From positions 62,001 through 126,000 of the IMG/VR virus record IMGVR_UViG_3300029922_000001: DNA of 64,000 bases. One strand, 5' to 3'. Every line of letters begins with the position of its first letter. The first letter of the stretch is position 1. The notes beneath the pieces are model-generated. The model was not told where the DNA came from. It saw nothing but the letters and a program-made list of their open reading frames with translations, and ran no database searches. This document shows positions 56,433 to 64,000 of the stretch, piece after piece. Both the position numbers and the translations under genes were made by a program.

Positions 56433-58559
56433 ATGAATAAAAAGCCTCAAAAAACAGCGGCGAATTTAGGCAGTTTAGTTGGTCCAGCAGTAATGGGACT
56501 TGTTGGTGCTGCCGCTGAACCATTAGTTGGTGAAGTTACAAGTAAATTACTTGGTGATGCGGCTCAGCCAGCAATTAATAATGCATTAAATCAACCAGCA
56601 GATGGTGATATTGCAGCCCCAGCAAAAGCCCCAATTGATTTTTTAACCGGCTTAGAAACAAAAAATAAGGATTTAGAAAGTTCAATTGGTCGCTTAACAG
56701 GTCAGGATACACAAACCCAAGGTGATACAGCCGCAAAACTAATTGATTTACTTAAACAGGCAGGAATAAGCCCAGCAAAGGCATATCCAGCTTGTCAAGC
56801 TGTATTTCAACAACTCGATGCGCGATTAGCTGGTGGTGACATTAATACGTTTTTAACTAACTACACAAATATATTAATTACAATGTTAAGGGCAAACATA
56901 GAACAGCCTCAAGTCGCTGTTCAAAAGGTTATAGAAATTGCCAAATTTGAACAGCAATATCCATTTTTTAGTAGTTTAGGATATCAACCATCTAAATTGG
57001 CAATTAAAAAATTAAGTGGAGGTAATATTAATGATGATTTAAACTCAATGCTTATGTTAGCCTATGCTCATGGTGGCAGTGAAGAATATGGTGAGGTTGG
57101 AAATGCAATTAAGAATTTTAATCAAATTTTAGAATTAGGCGCAACAAGAACCGATCAATTTGGTGTTCAAAATTTTTGGAAAATTCACGAACAGACTCAA
57201 GAAGCTAAACAAGAAGCCTATATTCAACATGGTAAAGTGTTAATGTCTCTACAAGAGGGTTATGATGAAATTCAAAAAGGAATGGCTCAATCATTAACAG
57301 CTTTAGGTATACCTACGGCTTATGCATCATTAGTAGGAACACCATTAATGATTATTTCTTTTGTTAAAAGTTTAGGTGGAACTATTGGTGGCGGTCCTGC
57401 TCCTACTTTGGCTTTTGTAGAAGATTTGAATATGAGATTAGCTTATGGTAATCATGGTTATAGATATGCACAGACTCCTACTACACCTACTACTCCTACT
57501 ACTCCTACTACACCTACTACACCTATCTCAATACCTCCATCTATTCCTAGTTCTTCTACTACTGATTTAACAACACCCTCAATATCTAAACCTTCTGGTA
57601 TGGGTTCAAAATCTATGTCAGGTACAGATCCAGCAAAAATGTCTTTATTAATGGAACAGGTAGTAAATACTATGCAAATATTGGATAAAAATTATCATAT
57701 TTATGAATCACTTATTCCAAATATGCAAGATCCTATTAAAACTGATTTGTCAGTAATGAAACCATCTCAGACTATGGATTTTGTTAATAGCCAACTACAA
57801 ATAGTTAATGATATTAAACCTATAATATTAAATGTATTAAGCTCGTTGACGAGATCTAATTCCATGTCTGATTCTACATTAAATTCTACTAATAATGAAG
57901 TGCAACAACTTGGAAAATATCCAAATCAATCCGATCTTTTAAAAATATTAACATATGAGTTCGCGCTTGAATCTGTGAAAGTTTCTTATAGTTTTGCAGT
58001 ACCATTGGTTCAATTAATGAATCAATTACGGAAAGAAAAAGCTGCTAGTGAATCTTATTTAGGATTCAAAGGTAGCGGGTTAAATCTTCCTGCAATTAAT
58101 ATAGAAACAATGATTAACTTAAATATGAAAATTAAAGATATTTATGAACAAGCCGCGACTGCGTATTCTGATCTATCAGGATCAGGTGGTGATAAAATTA
58201 CTGGTTTAGTTTCTAGTTGTCAGGCTAAAGCCGCTGAAGCTCTTTCTGAAGCATCTAAATTGATACAACAATACAATCTCGGTGGAATGAGTCTTGGAGC
58301 TAGTGTAAACCCTATAGATCGGTTAGAAAGACTTGCTGAAACTAGAAAATTAACTTTTGATGAGGTTTTGAAGTTTGCTGAAATCGCTCAAGAAGATAAA
58401 AAGCCTGATGAAGACGATGATGCTGGTTATGATTTTAGTGAACTTTTAGCTCATGTCAAAGATAAAAGTGATGACGAAATATATGATTATTTTGATGACT
58501 TATTACCTGGATATGGAAAACTTTATGAAGACATTGGTGAAGGTCATCATCAAAGCTAA
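56433..58559 (+). CDS. Large helical hypothetical protein (candidate virion/ejection protein)
   Basis: 708 aa; QKTAA, MRLAY, YRYAQ, KFAE motifs; central Pro/Thr repeat. Confidence 0.75.
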   Translation: MNKKPQKTAANLGSLVGPAVMGLVGAAAEPLVGEVTSKLLGDAAQPAINNALNQPADGDIAAPAKAPIDFLTGLETKNKDLESSIGRLTGQDTQTQGDTAAKLIDLLKQAGISPAKAYPACQAVFQQLDARLAGGDINTFLTNYTNILITMLRANIEQPQVAVQKVIEIAKFEQQYPFFSSLGYQPSKLAIKKLSGGNINDDLNSMLMLAYAHGGSEEYGEVGNAIKNFNQILELGATRTDQFGVQNFWKIHEQTQEAKQEAYIQHGKVLMSLQEGYDEIQKGMAQSLTALGIPTAYASLVGTPLMIISFVKSLGGTIGGGPAPTLAFVEDLNMRLAYGNHGYRYAQTPTTPTTPTTPTTPTTPISIPPSIPSSSTTDLTTPSISKPSGMGSKSMSGTDPAKMSLLMEQVVNTMQILDKNYHIYESLIPNMQDPIKTDLSVMKPSQTMDFVNSQLQIVNDIKPIILNVLSSLTRSNSMSDSTLNSTNNEVQQLGKYPNQSDLLKILTYEFALESVKVSYSFAVPLVQLMNQLRKEKAASESYLGFKGSGLNLPAINIETMINLNMKIKDIYEQAATAYSDLSGSGGDKITGLVSSCQAKAAEALSEASKLIQQYNLGGMSLGASVNPIDRLERLAETRKLTFDEVLKFAEIAQEDKKPDEDDDAGYDFSELLAHVKDKSDDEIYDYFDDLLPGYGKLYEDIGEGHHQS
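57474..57524 (+). repeat. 9-bp tandem repeat encoding (TPT)n
   Basis: ACTCCTACT/ACACCTACT, about 5.7 copies. Confidence 0.9.
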
Positions 58560-58576
58560 TACTGTACAAAGAAAAT

Positions 58577-60913
58577 ATGTCAGTTTTCTTGAGAGATGAT
58601 GTATTCTTAAAACCAGAAGAGTTAAATGCAGATGTAGATGATGCCTATGAAACGGTATCATCTATATTTGGAAGACGTGCTTATGCATTACCACCAGAAA
58701 ACTTTATCGTTAGTTACTTAGGTGAAAATAACGAATGGGAATATGTAAAACCTGAAAAAGCCACATTACCTTCTAGACTTATGAGGGTGTTTATGCCAAT
58801 GACCGTTAATGAGCTAAACAGGAATTTGCCTCAATCTCCAACATTTCCATCTAGAGGTAGTATAGCGTCATTTAAAGAAGAATTTAAGCCCAAAGCGTTA
58901 GATGATTTCTCTAAGATTATAAACATTGGAACAACTAAAAATAAAATTCAAGAAGATGAGAGTTTAAGAGCATATGATTTTAGACAACTAGAAAGAGCAG
59001 AACGTTTAGGCGGTTTATCTTTAGAAGAAAAACACATATTAAAGAAGTTTAGAGATCGTCAAAGAAAAGAACAAATTGAATCTAAAACTCAGTTAAATTT
59101 ACTTTACAAACAAACTCAAGAATCATATGAGTTTAAAGGTTTTGTTAGTGATGAACCTTCTAACCGAAACGCATTGACATTTAATAGTTTCATTAATTTA
59201 GATAATAAAAAAAATAGTGAAATGGCTATGTTTGATGGTGCGGTAGCGGCAGCAGAAAGCAATGTGTTACCAGGGGTTGATTTATTAGACCTTATGAAAA
59301 CACCAGTAATTCCATTGAGTGAACTTAAATTTATTACTACTAGTTTACCTCATGGAACTATTTATTTAAGATCCTCTGTTGATGATTTAAATCTAGTTGA
59401 GCCTAATTTAGAACCATTCTCGGAGTCTGTTTTTACTATAGAATTGCCTAAAGAAGTGGGTGACGAATCAGTTAAAAAATATAGTGTAATTGCTACGGAA
59501 GAAAAATTAGATACAAATATTTACTATATCAATAGCAGTGAAAATATTATGGAAATTGGTCATAATATATCTAATTTCCTAAACGAAGGCGTTAGTGGAT
59601 CAAACTATTATGATGCAGAATTAGCAGATATTCAAAATGGTTCTCTAAAGATTGGCAAATTATCTGGAACTCTACAAAATTACAAGAAAGATGCTATTAA
59701 GAACTATATTTTTTACATTAAGACCAAACATGCCGCTAGATTTGCTGATCTTTTGAAGCAATTTAATAATGAAAAATTTGTTATTAAGTGTATTGAAGAC
59801 ACATTAATGGTTATTGTTGATAAATCCATTGATCCGGTGGGTGTTTATAACTGGATTCAACAAACTTTAACTAAAAATGTTATAGATATTCAAAAGAAAA
59901 TCGCTTTATCAGAGGTTAGAGATAACACAATTTCACTTCCTATTTCTTTACCTAATTTAAGTGATAAAGTCGTTTTTGAAACCCCAATTTCGGTAAATGA
60001 AGTTGAGCTACCATTTATTGAAACACAACACATTACATTAAAAAATATAAACATAGATGAATCTAAGTTAGCTCAATTAGTTAATCAGAAGTTAATACAT
60101 AAAGGCGCTTATGCGACTAAAAATACTGATTCAGAATGGCAAATTAGGTCTAAAAACCAGAATGGTATTAATTTAGCTGAATACATTGCTGAAATTGTAG
60201 ACGAACTAGTATATCAGCACACCAATGCGCCAGTTGTGAATGATTTTTCTTATAAATCTTCTCTAGAGGATAGTTTATTTATTGACCAAGATATACCCAG
60301 TATTGTCAGTAAATATAAAACATCTATTAAAGACAAGGTGATGAAACTTTACAGTTTGGAAACAGGAGTCCAAACCAATGTGGTTGAGAACCATATTGTC
60401 GAAAAAATTATTGGTAATGAAATTGACAAAAATCCATTAATTGGTGTAGATGTTGAAAAAGAAATTACAGTCAACTTAATAAAAAATATTATTGAGCAAA
60501 TCAAACTGTTAGACTCCTTTAAAACCAATTACACCAATGAGGGTACTAATACTAATTTTGTTAATGCAAGATTAGTGGAAAATAGATTTAGAAATTTGCT
60601 TCAAAAAACCACAAAAGAGGTTAAAACAGAATCTAAGTCTAAGTCGTCAACGGACAAAAGTGTGAATTCAATTCATAATATATATGAAAACGAAACAATA
60701 CATGAAATTGTAAAAATTGTAGAAGAAAGAAGTGATAAAAAAATAGAATCTAAATCTGTTGATATTGATAAGCAAATTCAAAAAGCACAACGTGACATTG
60801 AAAAGAAAATGAAATTTGAATTGGAATTTATTTTACCTAAAATGATGAAAGAAGAAAGAGATCAACTGCTTAAAGAAAGTGAAGCAATGTTAATGAAGAA
60901 ACTAAACGGTTAA
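58577..60913 (+). CDS. Large hypothetical protein
   Basis: 778-aa ORF, K/E/I/N-rich, coiled-coil-like C-terminus; no motif recognised. Confidence 0.7.
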   Translation: MSVFLRDDVFLKPEELNADVDDAYETVSSIFGRRAYALPPENFIVSYLGENNEWEYVKPEKATLPSRLMRVFMPMTVNELNRNLPQSPTFPSRGSIASFKEEFKPKALDDFSKIINIGTTKNKIQEDESLRAYDFRQLERAERLGGLSLEEKHILKKFRDRQRKEQIESKTQLNLLYKQTQESYEFKGFVSDEPSNRNALTFNSFINLDNKKNSEMAMFDGAVAAAESNVLPGVDLLDLMKTPVIPLSELKFITTSLPHGTIYLRSSVDDLNLVEPNLEPFSESVFTIELPKEVGDESVKKYSVIATEEKLDTNIYYINSSENIMEIGHNISNFLNEGVSGSNYYDAELADIQNGSLKIGKLSGTLQNYKKDAIKNYIFYIKTKHAARFADLLKQFNNEKFVIKCIEDTLMVIVDKSIDPVGVYNWIQQTLTKNVIDIQKKIALSEVRDNTISLPISLPNLSDKVVFETPISVNEVELPFIETQHITLKNINIDESKLAQLVNQKLIHKGAYATKNTDSEWQIRSKNQNGINLAEYIAEIVDELVYQHTNAPVVNDFSYKSSLEDSLFIDQDIPSIVSKYKTSIKDKVMKLYSLETGVQTNVVENHIVEKIIGNEIDKNPLIGVDVEKEITVNLIKNIIEQIKLLDSFKTNYTNEGTNTNFVNARLVENRFRNLLQKTTKEVKTESKSKSSTDKSVNSIHNIYENETIHEIVKIVEERSDKKIESKSVDIDKQIQKAQRDIEKKMKFELEFILPKMMKEERDQLLKESEAMLMKKLNG

Positions 60914-60914
60914 T

Positions 60915-63900
60915 ATGTTAAGTCCCTACATGAATCAAAATAATCCATTACCTAAAGGTGCCTATCAGTGGGTGCCACCCGTTCCCGCGAATGGCTTAGC
61001 TACTGCTGGAAGTACTGCTGGATTTAACTTTCTATCTATTGTAAGAGGAACTTTTAGAAATGATGTTCCTAAAGATACACCAAACGATAGTAGAACTTAT
61101 GCCACTATTACTACTTCATATTCAGGCACAGTTAACGGTGTATCAGATAAGAATGATATTTCGAGAAACTACCCATTTTGGGCAGCTTTTAGACGAAAAA
61201 GAAGACCTAGTTGGAAGGTTGCAACACCACCAGTTGGAGTTAATTTCACTATGACTGCTGATGATAATGGTGTCTTAGAGTATAAAATTGATCTTGGATC
61301 TAATCAAAACATATCAGCTATGACAATGGAATATACATTAGTTGTAGATCCTAATTTCCCATATTGGAAAGACTTACTTGCTGATGCAGATGATACTAAT
61401 AACGCTAATGATCAACAAAACTTTGCCTCTGGAAATGTTACTGCGGTAAATTGGACACAATATCACCCTATGCAGATAGTTGGTATACCAGATGGATCTA
61501 ATACAGCTACAGAATATCCCTTGTTAGTTAAAAATAAATATCAAGCTTTAGCTATTACTGGTGTTAAGGGTAGTGGATTTGAAAATCTAACTAATATGCA
61601 GCAAAACCCCGCAAATGGAACACAGTTATATGCTCCAGGTGGTACTTTTACGTTTAATTTAGGTGCCCCTACTAGTTTTCCGAATATTCGTTATATTATT
61701 ATTCGTCAAAGAAATCCAGAATACCAAAATTTAACTTTATCTATTAATCGTATTTTATTATTTAATAATTCTAGAGTTAATATGGCAGATAAACAATATC
61801 CTGCTCAAGCATTTGGATATCAAGCGGATTTAGAAGCTAGTGTATATATAGATGGTAGTTCTTCTGGTGGTATTTATCCAAACTTGGAACCTGGTAGACC
61901 ATTAATATACTTTAAGATTTTCTCTCCAGAAGATTTAAATGCAAGTATTGGATTCGCACATGCAATAGATGTTAGATTTTTATTAGTTTGGTTTCCTATG
62001 TTATCTCAAGCTGGAGCAACCGCATATATGGCAATTAATGCAGGTCCATTGCCTGGATTAAAGCAATTGGCGTATAGCATGAACGCTACACTAGATAACA
62101 CGAATATTAATCCAATTTATGGATATGCAGTTAATTTAGACGCGGATAAGTTAGTTAATGATATTATCAGTTTTGATATTCAGCGCGGAACTGGTACTAC
62201 AACTACTCCACCTACTACTTGGTCAGAACTTCCGCAACCTAATAATCCAGTGTCAGAAAGTGATACAAATTATCAGTTTAATGGACCAATGGTTAGTCGA
62301 TATTTATATTTAGATACGTTACCTTTTAATGGCAAAACGCTCAATGATACATTTCAAACTAAAACGCCAATGTGGTATCGCATCAATCAAACATATAGCC
62401 TTGGTTCTGCGTCAGGATCAAGATTAAGCCCTGCTTTTCAGCCTTCACGATATTCTGAGGGTAGTCCTATGCAAATGGCTCCTGGGAGCGAAGTAGGTAA
62501 TTTGCCAACTACTGTTATTGCAAGAAGAATTAAAGATTATGTCTTGAGTGACCCTACTCAAGTTATGAACAGTTCACCGGTTGCTATTTTCATTGCTGAT
62601 GATCCAAATCCTCCTGCTGGTAGTGCTACATTTACCTCTGGTGTATTTAATTTTAGTTTTGCCGCTCATACTGATGATGCCAATAATGTTGCTGAAACTT
62701 ATTTAGTTGCAAGATTTTGGTTTCACCCAGTTGGCGTTACTTTTAATGCCCAAAATCCTCATCAATATAGAAGTGTTTCAGAGTTGATTTTTATTACAAA
62801 TAGTGCTGGAGAACAGGTTATTAGCAGACAAAACCCTGCTGATGTTTCGCAATTAATGATTTCCCCAGCGTTGGGTACGGATGATGCCAATTACTCTATT
62901 AACAAATACATTACTTCTGCTCAAGGAACGGGTGTTTCTAATAATGTGTGGACTTTCCCATCATCGTTTTCTCAACCTGGTAACACTTATAACCAAGGAA
63001 GATTAGTAATAGGTTTATATATTGTTACCGTTCCAAATCCTGGTGATACGACATTAAATTCAGTGAATTCAGCAACTTCTTCTGATTCATCTCCTAAAGT
63101 TTATATTACTGTTGATCCCACACGTATGAGTGTTACAACTACTATTGGTCAAACTATTACTGGTAACTTATTTCCAACTCAACCTAATTTATTTGGAACC
63201 GCAAATTATGAGTCCGTACCAGAACCTTTATATCTAAATGCTACTACATTAGCTGGCGCGACTTTAAACGCTACAAATAATTGGTACATTTACAATAATT
63301 CAGTTGCCACTCCTACTGTTAACAGCCCAGACACTGCTTTGAATAATTTAATGATAATGACATCTACAAATAACAATATTCAAGTTGCAATTCCGTACAA
63401 AAGTGTTCCTCTAACCTTTAGTTCTAATACAAGGGTGTATGCAGATTTTGTAACAAATAACCTTGTTCTCACTGATGGTAAAATAACTAACGGAACATGG
63501 ACTTTTAGTTTCACAGCAGATCAAGGTGCTGATACCGGATCTATTAGTTATAAATATCAATTTGAAGCATTTTTGTGTACAGCAGATGGCGTTTTAATCA
63601 ATTATATCTTGAAATCTCCTATTCAAGATTCAGCATCATATACGGTAGACTTAACATTACCTTATGCAATTGAATCTAATAATGTACAAATGGTAGTTAG
63701 AGTTTCAGGCTATCCATATTCCACAAATGGTACACCGATTGATTTATCAGTAATACAAACAGAATTAGGAAGTAAACCAGTTGGATTGAGAATTACAAAA
63801 TTCACAGTCTCAGCACACACATTAACCACAATGGATGTTAGTCAAACAGATAGTTTGTTATTGAGTATAGCCTCTTTTGAAGGTTTGCCAATGGTGCCAT

Positions 63901-64000
63901 CAGTGACATTTGGTGGTGAAAATTTTTGGGTTGATTTAGATCCAGACATGAATCAGCAAGTAGTTGTCACGTCCATTGGACCTATGTTACTATCTGCTAC
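60915..64000 (+). CDS. Large beta-rich virion protein-like ORF, 3'-truncated (>1028 aa)
   Basis: ATG 60915 (MLSPYMNQNNPLPKGAYQW...). Frame read open at both ends (..SVTFGGENFWVDLDPDMNQQVVVTSIGPMLLSA). Its absence from the ORF track fits a frame with no stop inside the window. Confidence 0.8.
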   Translation, partial: MLSPYMNQNNPLPKGAYQWVPPVPANGLATAGSTAGFNFLSIVRGTFRNDVPKDTPNDSRTYATITTSYSGTVNGVSDKNDISRNYPFWAAFRRKRRPSWKVATPPVGVNFTMTADDNGVLEYKIDLGSNQNISAMTMEYTLVVDPNFPYWKDLLADADDTNNANDQQNFASGNVTAVNWTQYHPMQIVGIPDGSNTATEYPLLVKNKYQALAITGVKGSGFENLTNMQQNPANGTQLYAPGGTFTFNLGAPTSFPNIRYIIIRQRNPEYQNLTLSINRILLFNNSRVNMADKQYPAQAFGYQADLEASVYIDGSSSGGIYPNLEPGRPLIYFKIFSPEDLNASIGFAHAIDVRFLLVWFPMLSQAGATAYMAINAGPLPGLKQLAYSMNATLDNTNINPIYGYAVNLDADKLVNDIISFDIQRGTGTTTTPPTTWSELPQPNNPVSESDTNYQFNGPMVSRYLYLDTLPFNGKTLNDTFQTKTPMWYRINQTYSLGSASGSRLSPAFQPSRYSEGSPMQMAPGSEVGNLPTTVIARRIKDYVLSDPTQVMNSSPVAIFIADDPNPPAGSATFTSGVFNFSFAAHTDDANNVAETYLVARFWFHPVGVTFNAQNPHQYRSVSELIFITNSAGEQVISRQNPADVSQLMISPALGTDDANYSINKYITSAQGTGVSNNVWTFPSSFSQPGNTYNQGRLVIGLYIVTVPNPGDTTLNSVNSATSSDSSPKVYITVDPTRMSVTTTIGQTITGNLFPTQPNLFGTANYESVPEPLYLNATTLAGATLNATNNWYIYNNSVATPTVNSPDTALNNLMIMTSTNNNIQVAIPYKSVPLTFSSNTRVYADFVTNNLVLTDGKITNGTWTFSFTADQGADTGSISYKYQFEAFLCTADGVLINYILKSPIQDSASYTVDLTLPYAIESNNVQMVVRVSGYPYSTNGTPIDLSVIQTELGSKPVGLRITKFTVSAHTLTTMDVSQTDSLLLSIASFEGLPMVPSVTFGGENFWVDLDPDMNQQVVVTSIGPMLLSA

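Noticed and set aside
58577-60913. Tape measure protein call
   Set aside because: No periodic Trp/Phe repeats or Ala/Gly-rich helical character evident.
1-64000. Stop-codon reassignment (TAG or TGA recoding), seen in some large phages
   Set aside because: Recognisable genes are full length and tile the window under the standard code; no fragmented homologues needing read-through.
1-64000. tRNA genes, rRNA or CRISPR array
   Set aside because: Intergenic gaps are short and AT-rich; no cloverleaf or repeat-spacer pattern seen by eye. tRNAscan-SE was not run.

Overview
Gene-dense, AT-rich window that reads as the virion morphogenesis region of a large (probably jumbo) tailed dsDNA phage, standard genetic code. 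Plus strand 1-27.3 kb is the head module: 5'-truncated terminase large subunit, UDP-galactopyranose mutase (glf), about a dozen low-complexity proteins of unknown function, a portal with a C-terminal DUF559-like nuclease domain, a kinase-like gene, a ~1850-aa prohead protease/scaffold-like protein split by a LAGLIDADG intein just after the putative catalytic serine, an acidic scaffold-like protein, a decoration-like protein and the major capsid protein. Minus strand 30.3-56.4 kb holds neck/tail genes (adaptor, tail terminator, PA14-containing virion protein, two tube-like paralogues, chaperone-like genes) interrupted by NPCBM-glycosyltransferase fusions, other glycosyltransferase-like genes, an RNA ligase and a degenerate PHP protein. 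Plus strand 56.4-64 kb has three large unknown proteins, the last running off the window. Best leads: (1) a ~20-aa helical tag (A-x2-L-D-x(7-10)-A-D-x-L) on eight otherwise unrelated proteins plus a pervasive [RK]-hydrophobic-A-[QSEY] motif at domain boundaries, suggesting a capsid-targeting and maturation-cleavage system; (2) the portal-nuclease fusion; (3) a probable virion-glycosylation kit; (4) an AAAGGWTTT-N14-GWA promoter motif and many apparently leaderless genes. All family calls come from motif recognition by eye; no database search was run.
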